From Blastocatellia bacterium (lineage in GTDB: Bacteria; Acidobacteriota; Blastocatellia; UBA7656), in the NCBI GenBank assembly GCA_963765495.1, contig CAVXWP010000008.1, positions 192,001 through 256,000 of the forward strand: DNA of 64,000 nt, written 5' to 3'. Under the pieces are notes generated by a model. It was given only the letters and a program-made list of their open reading frames with translations. It was not told where the DNA came from and searched no databases. Every line of letters starts with the position of its first letter. Within the stretch, counting starts at the first letter, position 1. Made by a program: the position numbers and the translations under genes. Shown piece by piece: positions 21,469 to 31,666 of this stretch.

Positions 21469-22512
21469 TCAGGCATTCGAAGTGTCTGGCGCGGCATCTC
21501 GGCGCAAGGCGCTGGCCAGGCGTTCGGATGTGGTGGTCAAAGTCTTTGGCACCTTGACCGGAAATAAGCGGGCAACCAGAGCCTCTTTCTTATTTTTCAG
21601 GTAAGCCGCTTCCTGAAGCATGCGCCCGCTTTCGGCGAGATTCTCCTTGATGAAATTGCGGCGTGTGACTATGCCCAGGATCTCTTCCTCGATTGATTCC
21701 AGGTCGTGCCAGTCGCCGATCTTATCCTGTAGAGTCCGCAAATAGCCAAGCCCGCGCGATGCGTCGCCGTAGCCCATCTGTGAGACTATCTCAAGGATAT
21801 ATCGTACCCGCTTGGCAGCGATGCGAAGCTGATGAAGGTCGGCCGGGTCGGTAGAAGGATGTGACTGGGCGGCAAGCGACAGAAATTCGCTCAACCTCTG
21901 TTCAAGTCGCTCTGCCGTGTGAAGCGCGATCTTTTTCTTATCGACCCCAAGTATGGCGTATTGACTTGCGCCCGGGTGGGAAGTCTCTTCCGATACGGGG
22001 TTGTCGCCATTTGTAGGGATAGGATCGGCAAGGCCCAGACCCAGTTTTGTAGCAATTCCGGTTATATTTATCTGGGTCAGTTTTAAGGTGGCCTTTCGTG
22101 CGCGTCGCTCGCGCCGCTCTCTGAGTATGGATTTAAGCAGTTTGAATCTTTCGGTTTTGACGGGCCGCCGCGATGAGGAATCGTTATCGAGAACTATCAG
22201 AAACACATCATAGTTGCGAACGACTGAGAGCACCTGTCGCCATTTTCTCAGCCTCTTTTTTATCTTTTTGACGTCCAGTTCATCATCTTTGAACTGCAAC
22301 AGATCGAGCGAAGCCTGGAGCCGTCTGGTTGTGACGCGCATCTTGTGGATGGCATCGACATCTGCGTTTTCAAGCACCGCGCGATGATATTCCTGCAAAG
22401 CCTTCAACTGAGCAACTATGATTTCGCCTAATGTATCAGGCTGGTTACTATTTGAATTTTCCGGAGATGTATCTGTCTGAGAGTTGGCTACCATTTCGCT
22501 TTCAAGCACCAT
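21469..22512 (-). CDS. CHAD-domain (polyphosphate-binding) protein
   Basis: DAIHKMRVTTRRL, LHQLRIAAKRVRY, LQDKIGDWHD. Confidence 0.88.
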   Translation of the reverse strand: MVLESEMVANSQTDTSPENSNSNQPDTLGEIIVAQLKALQEYHRAVLENADVDAIHKMRVTTRRLQASLDLLQFKDDELDVKKIKKRLRKWRQVLSVVRNYDVFLIVLDNDSSSRRPVKTERFKLLKSILRERRERRARKATLKLTQINITGIATKLGLGLADPIPTNGDNPVSEETSHPGASQYAILGVDKKKIALHTAERLEQRLSEFLSLAAQSHPSTDPADLHQLRIAAKRVRYILEIVSQMGYGDASRGLGYLRTLQDKIGDWHDLESIEEEILGIVTRRNFIKENLAESGRMLQEAAYLKNKKEALVARLFPVKVPKTLTTTSERLASALRRDAAPDTSNA

Positions 22513-22708
22513 TGCCTGATCTCTCTTCTTGCTTGAGGAACGGGCAATCAAAGTCTAACGAAGTCCAATACTTATATCCCGGCGCTTGACGGCATGTAAG
22601 AGACGACCAGAAGGCAAGACGAATCGCCTCAAACTGGCTAACACGTAAACGCGGGCTTGATGAAGCACAAAGCTTACTACTACGGTTATCTCAACACAAG
22701 TCACCGGT

Positions 22709-22734
22709 GATAAGCCCGATAGATCGGGCTTATC
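22709..22734. repeat. Perfect 12-bp inverted repeat (operator or hairpin)
   Basis: GATAAGCCCGAT-AG-ATCGGGCTTATC. Confidence 0.6.
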
Positions 22735-23030
22735 TCTTGGGCAATTAGTCCAGCCCTTTATCCGGCCTTAGACTCATAGAACTCCCTGGCTAAAGACTTC
22801 ATGAGAAGAACACTAAATCGCCCTTAAGATAGCTCGCCTTTCAACCAGTTCTAAGAGGAGTGGACTATCTGCCCAAAGGACAGGTCGCCTTCAGACGGCT
22901 GCGGTTTTGTTTATTTCAAACCATGCTTTTTTTGCTGCAAAACATCAGGCCCATTCGCCTTTTATTCGAATTCATCGCTGCTGTCTGTGCTGGATGCGGA
23001 GAGGTAAAACCCGATAAGTCCTGAAAACAG

Positions 23031-23471
23031 CTATTTATCGTTTTTCTCTTCTTGCCTCACCTGTCTCAAGCTGTCTTTATATTCACCGAGCGCGGTCAAA
23101 TAGGTGTAGGTCCAGCTAAAGGCTATATCTACGGCGCGGCGGGCAGTTTTATGGGCCGCTCTTATGCCTGCCGGTCCTTGCTGGACGGCGGCAATTATCG
23201 CCTGCATTATTTTCTGATATTGCCTGTCCCGGCTTTCTCTGGCTATGCGTTTGATGAGTATCAAATTCGACTCGGTAATCTTGCCTTCAATCGGCAAAAC
23301 GGTCGCATCGGCGACTACCTGCATTCGCGCCGCCACAGGAGTAATTTGATCGATGGATAGTTTTTCGATCAATTTGCGGATTTCCTTTTCAGCCGCCACG
23401 TATCCTTCGGGATAAGGTTTGGGATTCGTTGCAGTATTTTCTCCAACACTCCTTTTTTCTGATATACTCAT
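23031..23471 (-). CDS. Hypothetical helical protein (146 aa)
   Basis: ORF with a GGAG RBS; no recognisable motif. Confidence 0.6.
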   Translation of the reverse strand: MSISEKRSVGENTATNPKPYPEGYVAAEKEIRKLIEKLSIDQITPVAARMQVVADATVLPIEGKITESNLILIKRIARESRDRQYQKIMQAIIAAVQQGPAGIRAAHKTARRAVDIAFSWTYTYLTALGEYKDSLRQVRQEEKNDK

Positions 23472-23543
23472 AGCCGTTCTCCGGCATACAGGCGTGTTTA
23501 AGGCACACCAATCCTGATCACACGCAAGTATGCAGTTGAGCAG

Positions 23544-23575
23544 AGTGGGCCGTTATCGCCAAATGGCGGCCCACT
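23544..23575 (-). terminator. Hairpin downstream of the TPR gene
   Basis: AGTGGGCCG...CGGCCCACT. Confidence 0.5.
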
Positions 23576-23612
23576 TCCTTTAGATATAGGTTTTGAAGGT
23601 TTACCGGCTTAA

Positions 23613-24633
23613 TCAGGCTTGCGAAGGAGGGGCGCGCGGTCTGATTTGATGGCGCACCCGACACAGGATGCGCCAATTTATTTCACCAGTTGCGATTACC
23701 CGGGAGAGGGTAATCGTTAAAGCGGATGTTTGAAGATAAGTTTGATCGGGCGCGGGCCATTGAAATGCCAGCACCGCCACCGGCTTCGATCTGGGCAGTG
23801 GTTGAGGCCGTGGCGAGGGCGCTGCTTCAGGAGCGCAATTGAGCGCGACAAATGAGGGTGAAGCGTCACGCTGTTTTTCAGCTATTTCTTCGCGAGTGGC
23901 GGACCATTCGGGATAAGCGGCGGCATAGGGCGAATTCAGAGCAACAGCAATTGCCGCCTGCGCTTCGGCCAATCGGCCAATTTCGGAGAGTTCAACCGCC
24001 AATTCGTTATGGTAAACATAGAAATAGAGCGGGTTTTGCCTGGCTACGATTTGTACGAGGGGCGAGAGGTCTTGCAAATACTCCAGGGCTTTCTGGTGAT
24101 TACCTATGTCGCTTTGAATACGCGATATTTCGGAGCGAGCCGTGAGCAAGGTTTGTAGGTCGCTGACTTTTTTATCACGGGCTGCCCGCAAAGCTTCAAG
24201 ATGAAACCTCAAGGCTTCATCAATCTGCCCTGTATTGTGATACATCACGCCAAGCGATTGAATCGCCCGCGCTCTATAGGCAAGTGGCGCATTATCCGCG
24301 ACAGTCTCAAGCAGGGCCTGCGCTTTATTCTCTCTGTCCGGTTCGTTTGATGGCGAGAGCGTGATAATACAGACCCACCTGCCGCGCCCGGCTAATCGGC
24401 AGGTTCATCAATATCTGGCTTGCTTCCTTAAAAGCCTCTATATCACGCAGGTTGTATGCGTGCTCTGCAAGCCGGATCAAATTGTCGGCTAATTGATTGA
24501 ATAAATGGTATGAGTTGGCAGTTTGAGCCAACCGACTCAAAATGAAATGTTGAAGCAATCCATCCTGACCGGCCATGCTTTCGAGGTCGGCAAATCCCAC
24601 TTTGGAGGAACTATCTGTGAAAAAACGATTCAT
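23613..24633 (-). pseudogene. TPR protein with C-terminal RAPP motif, frameshifted near 24330
   Basis: ..LYYHALAIKRTGQRE* continues in another frame as NKAQALLETVADNAPLAYRARAIQSLGVMYH.. through TPRs to ..IRPRAPPSQA. Start uncertain (24633 or 24576). Confidence 0.7.
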
Positions 24634-24928
24634 TCTTGCGGCTTTTTGCATCCTCGCTATTCCAGCGCTGTTTTCCCCTTCACTAGGAGAAAAACAGATG
24701 CAATCTACTCCGTTCGCTACTGTCGCTCTGGCCGGACGCACCACATTGGGCGACTACTGTAGCTGCGGCACTCCCGGCTGCATTTGCGGCCCTGGCGAAA
24801 ATATGGTTACTAATCCGGGGCCATCTGAAAAAAACAAAGATCAAGCAAGTTTACCCGGCACGGATGCGACATCGGGGGTGATGTCGCTGACACTTGCTAT
24901 TTTAATATGGTTTAGAATGCGATTGTAA
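24617..24928 (+). CDS. Small exported Cys-rich peptide with C-terminal hydrophobic anchor (103 aa)
   Basis: GGAGGA RBS before GTG; signal peptide KKRFILAAFCILAIPALF; CSCGTPGCIC; tail GVMSLTLAILIWFRMRL. Confidence 0.7.
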   Translation: MKKRFILAAFCILAIPALFSPSLGEKQMQSTPFATVALAGRTTLGDYCSCGTPGCICGPGENMVTNPGPSEKNKDQASLPGTDATSGVMSLTLAILIWFRMRL

Positions 24929-25066
24929 CCAACAACTCTCCAAACCACTTTGACTAAAGTACGCTAAATCAGCCGCCTGGACAACTCGGGCGGCACATGA
25001 TAAGTGTGGCCTCGTGACCAGCGCATTCTATCACACATTAATAGCAACAAAGCAACAATCTTGTCT

Positions 25067-25113
25067 TTCAAACTACAAAAGATCGTTCCTTTCTCAATCT
25101 TTTGTAGTTTGAA
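25067..25113. repeat. 17-bp perfect AT-rich inverted repeat
   Basis: TTCAAACTACAAAAGAT ... ATCTTTTGTAGTTTGAA. Confidence 0.7.
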
Positions 25114-25273
25114 CCTCGCTTTTGTTTGAACAGTACTAAAACGCTCGATTTTTATTTAATCCCACGGGGCGGCTATAATTGAGTCAGGAATATTTCATCT
25201 GAAGCATGTGATATTTCCTTAGCCGCTCTTTTTTGATTATCCGTATAAAATGCACGGCTGGATGAGAGATAGT

Positions 25274-26857
25274 ATGGACATTCTCAAACTCGACATTGAA
25301 CAGACCGAATCATACGCGCTCACCGATAGGGAGAAGCGGTTTCAGGTAGCATTTCTGGCTGCGCTTGCCGCGACTGTTGCCGGATTCATTCTGCGCTTTG
25401 TCTTCGATGCCCCGCTCATGCCTGAGATGCTGGCCCAGTTTATCTTTGCCGTGTCCCCCATCTGGGCCGTCGAGATAGCCGTCGGATTCCTCGGCCCCTT
25501 TGCAAAGCATCTGGCCTTTCTCGCCTGCGTCGTCCTGTACGTGACAGCACTTGCGGCTGTGGCATTTGCTTTCCTTCGCTACTATGGCGGGCAGGGAACA
25601 GCTATGGCTCGGCGTCTGGCTATCGCACTTTTATCAATCATCCTCTGGGTAATAACTATGGCAGTCCTTATTCCATTGTTTGGAGCGGGACTGTTTGGCA
25701 AATATCTGCGCCAGGGGTCCATCTATTCATCAGTCTCGCTCTTGACCGTGTATGCGGTTTACGGGCTTTCGCTTGCGCTCCTGCCAAAGCTTTACCTCGA
25801 GAGCCTTAATCTATCGCGCGACAAAAATACATTTCTGAATCGCCGCAGAGTTATAAGAGGTATAGGCTACGCGGTGCTGCTCGTAGGTGTTTATGACATA
25901 GGCCGCTCGCTTATCGAGACATGGTTTTTGAAGGGATCGGGTAGGGTAAAGCAAGGCGACGGCGTCTTCCCAAATATAAACGGGCTTGCGGTTGAAATTA
26001 CTCCGAACGAGGACTTTTATGTGGTCTCGAAAAACGCCTTCGACCCCGAAGTCGATACCCAGCGCTGGCGACTGGAAGTGACGGGCATGGTCGAGAATTC
26101 CTTCTCGTTGACCTTTGATGAAATCAAGGCGATGCCCTCGGTTGAGCAATATGCCACGCTCGCCTGCATCAGCAATGAAGTCGGCGGAGATTTGATAGGC
26201 AACGCTTTGTGGAAAGGTGTGCGGGTTCGAGACCTGCTGGAACGCGCCGGATTACAACCCGGAGTGGTAGATATAAAGATGCGCGCGCGCGATGATTACA
26301 CCGATTCGATACCGCTCGACCGCGCGCTGGCCGATGGGACTATTCTGGTTTATGAAATGAACGACCAGCCGCTTGCCACCAAGCACGGCTTTCCGCTACG
26401 TCTGATAGTGCCGGGCATCTATGGCATGAAGAATGTAAAGTGGATAACCCGACTCGAAGCCGTCGGGCAGGATTTTAGAGGATACTGGCAAACGCGCGGA
26501 TGGGATGATCGAGCAGAGTACAAAACTATGTCGAGGATAGATGCGCCCGATGACGACGTTCGCTCTCAGGCGATTATTGCAGGCATAGCCTTCGCCGGTG
26601 ATCGTGGAGTCAGCAAAGTCGAAGTATCCACCGACGGCGGCAAAAGCTGGAACGAGGCCGAGTTGAAGCCGCCGCTTTCGCCTTACACTTGGGTGCTGTG
26701 GCATAGAGACTGGACTCCCGAACGCGCAGGCAAATACGCTGTAGTCGTGAGAGCGACCGACGGCCTTGGCAACACACAGACTGCTCAGTATGCGCCTCCT
26801 GCCCCGTCGGGCTCGACCGGCTATGACCGCGAGATAGTGGTGGTACGTGATGCGTGA
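25274..26857 (+). CDS. Membrane-anchored sulfite-oxidase-family molybdopterin oxidoreductase
   Basis: N-terminal TMs; TLACISNEVGGDLIGNALWKG; HGFPLRLIVPGIYGMKNVKW; Moco dimerisation domain (VEVSTDGGKSW). Confidence 0.9.
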   Translation: MDILKLDIEQTESYALTDREKRFQVAFLAALAATVAGFILRFVFDAPLMPEMLAQFIFAVSPIWAVEIAVGFLGPFAKHLAFLACVVLYVTALAAVAFAFLRYYGGQGTAMARRLAIALLSIILWVITMAVLIPLFGAGLFGKYLRQGSIYSSVSLLTVYAVYGLSLALLPKLYLESLNLSRDKNTFLNRRRVIRGIGYAVLLVGVYDIGRSLIETWFLKGSGRVKQGDGVFPNINGLAVEITPNEDFYVVSKNAFDPEVDTQRWRLEVTGMVENSFSLTFDEIKAMPSVEQYATLACISNEVGGDLIGNALWKGVRVRDLLERAGLQPGVVDIKMRARDDYTDSIPLDRALADGTILVYEMNDQPLATKHGFPLRLIVPGIYGMKNVKWITRLEAVGQDFRGYWQTRGWDDRAEYKTMSRIDAPDDDVRSQAIIAGIAFAGDRGVSKVEVSTDGGKSWNEAELKPPLSPYTWVLWHRDWTPERAGKYAVVVRATDGLGNTQTAQYAPPAPSGSTGYDREIVVVRDA

Positions 26858-26950
26858 TAGATGATGCGTGATGCGTGATTTATCTGTCTTGCAACTTTTA
26901 TTTCACAGGCAGCCTGGCTGAAAGTCACGCATCACCTATCACGCATCACG
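26846..26950. repeat. TGATGCG-heptamer palindrome between convergent genes
   Basis: CGTGATGCGTGATAGATGATGCGTGA / TCACGCATCACCTATCACGCATCACG. Confidence 0.85.
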
Positions 26951-26952
26951 CA

Positions 26953-27903
26953 CTATTTCTTCTTTCGGTGAGCCAGCGTGTTTCGTTCCCAGAAGAGGCC
27001 CTCGCTGTAGCCCTGTATCTCGTGATTAGAACCGGCCATCTCCAGACGTTTTTCAGCAAGGCAGCAATAGTTTTCATCTATCTCCACGCCGATGAAATGC
27101 CGGTTGAGCTTGCGGGCAACCGCCGAGGTAGTGCCAGAACCGAGAAACGGATCAAAGACGACATCTCCCGGATTACTGCTTGCCAGGATGATTTTCGCCA
27201 GCAGCTTCTCTGGTTTCTGCGTGGGGTGATCCGTGTTTTCAGCCATAGACCAGAAGGGAATTGTCACATCAGTCCAGAGGTTCGACGGATGCGTTAGTCG
27301 AAAGCGACCATCCTTGCCGTCCTGCCAGCCCTTTGGCTGCCCGTCCTCGGTGTAGGGCGCGATGACCTGCCGCTTCAATTTCACCGCGTCAAGATTGAAT
27401 GTATAGCTGTTTGACATGGTGAAAAACCATATGTCTTCCGAGCAGTTTTTCCAGTTACTCTTTGCGCCCCGGCCTTTTTCGCGTTCCCACGTGATGCGAT
27501 TTCGAACGGCAAAATATCTGGCCCCAGCCGTGTGAATTGCCGCCGATGACCTCCAGTCTCCACAGATGTAAATGGAAGCCGTGGGCCTGAGCAGCCTGAC
27601 GGTTTCCGATAGCCATCGGTCGAGCCACGCTTCATACTCGCTCAAAGAAGTGGAGTGGAATTTCTCTTTGTTGAATGTCTTGGACAGGTTATAAGGTGGG
27701 TCGGCAAACAGCAGATCAATCGAGTTTGCAGGCAAGTGTTTTAGCGCCTGAAATACATCCTGGCAGATGATTTTATCAATCACGCGATCCGCCGTGACCG
27801 CACCGGAGAGGCTTAAAAGACGCTCTCTGTAGCGACTTCTTTCTTCTTCGCTCAGAGTAATAGTGCGATTGCGCGAGGCGAGGTTCTTCTCTCGATTTGC
27901 CAT
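26953..27903 (-). CDS. Orphan N4/N6 DNA methyltransferase (beta class)
   Basis: ADPPYN precedes HPTQKP and VFDPFLGSGTT. Confidence 0.9.
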   Translation of the reverse strand: MANREKNLASRNRTITLSEEERSRYRERLLSLSGAVTADRVIDKIICQDVFQALKHLPANSIDLLFADPPYNLSKTFNKEKFHSTSLSEYEAWLDRWLSETVRLLRPTASIYICGDWRSSAAIHTAGARYFAVRNRITWEREKGRGAKSNWKNCSEDIWFFTMSNSYTFNLDAVKLKRQVIAPYTEDGQPKGWQDGKDGRFRLTHPSNLWTDVTIPFWSMAENTDHPTQKPEKLLAKIILASSNPGDVVFDPFLGSGTTSAVARKLNRHFIGVEIDENYCCLAEKRLEMAGSNHEIQGYSEGLFWERNTLAHRKKK

Positions 27904-27968
27904 AGCGAGGGCCGATTCTTAATCACGCTTGTCTTATCATGTTTGCCGGGCGGCCATCATGGCATCCA

Positions 27969-28646
27969 TCATGGTTTGGCCAGCAGTTGGTCGAAGGCGT
28001 CTTCGGGCAGATCGGATAATCTGTTTACAACCAGATCAGCCTCCAGAAACTGATGCGTTGAGAGCACTCCTATGCTGCGCATCCCGGCCCGGCGTGCAGC
28101 CTCGATCCCAGCCGGAGCGTCTTCAACGACTATGCACCTGTCAGGGGGCGTCCCGACTTTAACGGCCGCGGCAAGAAAAATCTGAGGATCGGGCTTGCCG
28201 CGCTCGACCTCTTCGGCCGAGGCCAGCGCATTGAAGTACTTGCCTATGTCGAGCGCAGAAAGTATGACCTCGATGTTGAGCGGCGGGGCGGATGATGCGA
28301 CCGCCTGCCGCCAGCCGTCGGCTTGCAGGCGAGCAAGCCAGTCTCTTACGCCCGGCAACGGTTCGATACCACCCGTTCTTATCATTTCGCGATAGCTCTC
28401 TTCCTTGCTCGCGCTTATGCGCTCGATGTCGGAGGCCGTGATGCCGGATTTGAAATAGCGGCGCAGTATCTCTTCATTGCGCTGACCAAAGGTCGAAAGA
28501 AACTGCTCGTGTGTGAGATCAAATCCTTCGCGAGCAAGCGTATCGCGCCAACTCAACCAGTGATACTCGGCCGAATCTATCAGTGTGCCGTCCACGTCCC
28601 AGAGTACGGCCTTTTGCCTTGCGGTTCTTTCTTTGTCTGTTGTCAT
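27969..28646 (-). CDS. HAD-family phosphatase (beta-phosphoglucomutase-like)
   Basis: LWDVDGTLID, GKPDP, VVEDAPAG; likely start MTTDK. Confidence 0.9.
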   Translation of the reverse strand: MTTDKERTARQKAVLWDVDGTLIDSAEYHWLSWRDTLAREGFDLTHEQFLSTFGQRNEEILRRYFKSGITASDIERISASKEESYREMIRTGGIEPLPGVRDWLARLQADGWRQAVASSAPPLNIEVILSALDIGKYFNALASAEEVERGKPDPQIFLAAAVKVGTPPDRCIVVEDAPAGIEAARRAGMRSIGVLSTHQFLEADLVVNRLSDLPEDAFDQLLAKP

Positions 28647-29171
28647 AATAATCTCCCTGAAGATAGAGGAATCCTTGAGCGTAGACAACCGCCAAAATGC
28701 ATCGACGCAAAATGGCGTGGTCATACGCGTAATCCGAAAATTGCGATTTATCTTTTTGACAGGATTAACAGGATTCAATCTGCCGAGACGATCGGAAACC
28801 ACCGGTTGTTTTATGATAATGTTTTGCCTGCTTTGCGGCTTTGCACCTTTGCGCGAATCTATATTTCGCAAAACCGCAATCGCCCTGAGTACGCAAAGAA
28901 CTTCCTTAGAATTTATTTCATACTTTCTTAAGCTGATTTTGTTTGGGTACTTAACATCAGAGTGAAGAAGCGATCAGTCATATCAGATCGATATGATTCC
29001 AGATTTTACCGCAGAAGGTGAAGAAACAGTATAGCTAATCAGCGTTCTTGTCGGTTATGTGGGTAACAATCCGCCCCACTGAAATATCAATTCAGAAAAT
29101 CCAATACCAGAGTAAGACCCTGTCTTAAATCCACTCTCCCTTACCTCGAAACATGGGATGACACGGAAAAA

Positions 29172-29256
29172 GCTTAACGGCTACTTGAACGGCGCGCTGG
29201 CAGACTCGGGATAACGAACAGGTGGAATCCGCATCCGCTGTAATGAGCAGTTAGGC
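29172..29256 (-). mobile_element. Integron attC site attached to the GNAT gene
   Basis: Minus strand reads GCCTAAC (overlapping the stop) TGCTCATTACAGCGGA ... CGCGCCGTTCAAGTAGCC GTTAAGC, an 85-bp RYYYAAC..GTTRRRY structure. Confidence 0.7.
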
Positions 29257-29781
29257 GGCGCGTTTGGATTCAAATGAGAAGACATGCCAACTTTTCCCAT
29301 CCTTATCTAAAGAAATCGGCTCAATCGTCTTGCCGAGAAACTCATTAATTGCTCGCGCCCAGAAATCCTTCGCCTTGTGATTTCGGTCTATAACACGCAC
29401 CTCCCATTTCCCGGGAAAATTTCCCCAAATCTCCCGCGCCACTCTCATCCCGAGCCCAAGCCTGCGAAAGCCGCGAAGGATGAAGAACTCTGCCATATCC
29501 CACACATCTTCGTCATTGGAAATTTCAGAGCCTCTACGCACGAAAACAAAGCCGGCGAAATGACCGTTAGCCATAACTAGAAATGGATAGCGGTTAGATT
29601 CTTTCCAATATAAGGGAAGGTATTTGTAGCCGAAACGACCGTCTGCGCCGAGTTTCAGATCAATGAACTCGCTGAAGTCATACGCATATAGCTCAAGCAT
29701 ATTAGCCAAAATCGGCTCTTGTTCTGGTAATGCTGGAATAATCTCAACATCTACAGCTGAAGTTGTTCTAAAGATTGTCAT
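29251..29781 (-). CDS. GNAT-family N-acetyltransferase
   Basis: MAEFFILRGFRRLGLG, N..A..FW. Confidence 0.85.
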   Translation of the reverse strand: MTIFRTTSAVDVEIIPALPEQEPILANMLELYAYDFSEFIDLKLGADGRFGYKYLPLYWKESNRYPFLVMANGHFAGFVFVRRGSEISNDEDVWDMAEFFILRGFRRLGLGMRVAREIWGNFPGKWEVRVIDRNHKAKDFWARAINEFLGKTIEPISLDKDGKSWHVFSFESKRAA

Positions 29782-29796
29782 AGATGCATTCCATCT

Positions 29797-30897
29797 TCAT
29801 TTTATCCATATTATCCTTCGCAAGACATTGTAATCATCTTTGTACGTCGTGATATGCGTGCTCTTCCCAATTAGCCAGTGCTTTATACTTGCTGGCTCAT
29901 AGGCTTTAGGATAAATAATTCCAGATTGAAAATCTCCCAGACGGTAGAATGTATCTGTCTCTTCTTCGGCTCCTTCATCCGAATAGGCGTAATTTACAAC
30001 CTGGCCTCCGGCCAATTTGATTCTTAGCTCTATCGATGCATATCCCTCAGTCCCTTCACGTTCATGTAGAACATCTATAACCTGGCCGTAAAAACTGGAT
30101 ACACCTTTGAGCAACTTGATCGGGTCAATCGTTGTTGCTTTCGTCAAGCGATTCTTGAGCCAGGTCAAAGGCTTCTTGCTGTCTTCGTAGGTGCTTAATC
30201 TTTCTTTTTCGAATCCATAGAGGTATCGTCTTGCCAGTATAGGACGCTCCGCTATCGGTTCAAGCATTCCTCCTCTATAGCGGAACCACCGTCCCACAAA
30301 ATACAAGCCTCCTCTTTTCCTTTTCTCCTCTCTTATCGCGTCCCATTGCCATTCCGTTGCAAGAATATTGCAGTAGCTGTCCCCCGGATGTTTTACGAAT
30401 GTGCCTTCTGCCCCATATTCCTCCACGCTGAATTCAAGAGGCTGTTTGTAACCATGTATCTCTGGATCAGGCAAAATGGAGATAGTCCAGTATTGAAATC
30501 CTATGCCGTTTGTTACGCCGGAGCAATCGGCAACTATGATTTCATCATCTTTGTCCCTATCTATATCACCCCTCAAAACTTCAAACATAGATGTACCGCC
30601 GTTATAGGTAGATGCGGGCCATTTCCCGAGGACGCGACCATTCTTTTCGATGGCAAAGAAGATTTCTGCGTCAGATATATGTTTACAAACCCTTAACCCG
30701 TTTCCAATCTCAGCACAATGACTCCGTTCAAAAGGTGTAGTCGCAGGCTCGGTAGGCGCGGGATACTTAGATAGCATGAACGGACGGTCCTGATCTGTAG
30801 TAGCCGATGTCAAACGAAATTGAGTCTTCGTGAATTGGCCACTGCCAGGTGCGGCAAAAACTGCTAGGATAGAAAAGATGCTCAGGATACTCTTCAT
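29797..30897 (-). CDS. Hypothetical exported protein
   Basis: Signal peptide; one GDIDRDKDDEI Ca-binding-like motif. Confidence 0.65.
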   Translation of the reverse strand: MKSILSIFSILAVFAAPGSGQFTKTQFRLTSATTDQDRPFMLSKYPAPTEPATTPFERSHCAEIGNGLRVCKHISDAEIFFAIEKNGRVLGKWPASTYNGGTSMFEVLRGDIDRDKDDEIIVADCSGVTNGIGFQYWTISILPDPEIHGYKQPLEFSVEEYGAEGTFVKHPGDSYCNILATEWQWDAIREEKRKRGGLYFVGRWFRYRGGMLEPIAERPILARRYLYGFEKERLSTYEDSKKPLTWLKNRLTKATTIDPIKLLKGVSSFYGQVIDVLHEREGTEGYASIELRIKLAGGQVVNYAYSDEGAEEETDTFYRLGDFQSGIIYPKAYEPASIKHWLIGKSTHITTYKDDYNVLRRIIWIK

Positions 30898-30965
30898 AGG
30901 TCATCTATTATAAGCCTGGCGACCGAAGATGGCAGCAAGCGCCTATGCACAAAAGGAAACCGACC

Positions 30966-31487
30966 TCATTTCAATACTGAGAGGTATGCCCTCCAGGGTC
31001 CCACTGCTTCTCGATACTGCTTTGCCATTGTTCGCGATACCTGATTGATATGGTCGAGGTCATGTACAACCCACGCCGCCAACAACTCTTCAGCCGTCAC
31101 TTTGCCCAAATCTGGATGTTTTCCTGATTTTTTTAGGTCATTAAGTTTGAGTTTGATTCCCCTGAGCGTGTCAAGATTACCCGACCTTAATATCTCGAAA
31201 GTATTTAATAGTTCGTCCATTGTCTTGCCCTTGCTCATGTCGAATTGCGCAAACCTGTCGAATGGTTGGAATGTCTCTGCTTCTCCTTTATGCAGGATAA
31301 TGTTAAGGCGCGGAATCCAATCGGACTGCTCACCGTGTATAAGATGGCCGAGGACATCAAAGGGGTTCCAGGTTTGCTCACCCTCATTGCTAGTAATCCA
31401 ATCCGAGGGAAGATTTTCAAGCATGGCTCTGAGTACTTGAGGTGTCCTGTCGAGAACTGAAATGGCATGATCAAGATCGAAATTCAC
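30966..31487 (-). CDS. DinB/YfiT-family protein
   Basis: VLGHLIHGE..WIPR, WVVHDLDH. Confidence 0.85.
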   Translation of the reverse strand: MNFDLDHAISVLDRTPQVLRAMLENLPSDWITSNEGEQTWNPFDVLGHLIHGEQSDWIPRLNIILHKGEAETFQPFDRFAQFDMSKGKTMDELLNTFEILRSGNLDTLRGIKLKLNDLKKSGKHPDLGKVTAEELLAAWVVHDLDHINQVSRTMAKQYREAVGPWRAYLSVLK

Positions 31488-31666
31488 TCTAAGCCTCCTT
31501 TAATAACAGTTCCAATATATCACAAATGCGACTCCGGTATCCGGTGCCAGCCCAAAGACTGCGGCAATCGAATTGCCGTCAGAAGAGGGACAACGAGACT
31601 ATGGAATGCGCGTTCAATGTAATAAGCGGTTTGGCTCGGCCTTTCATTTAAGATTGCCTGTCTCTC

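Noticed and set aside
28647-28871. N-terminal extension of the HAD ORF
   Set aside because: It translates repeat DNA (SRKGAK, NPVNPV); the real start is likely 28646.
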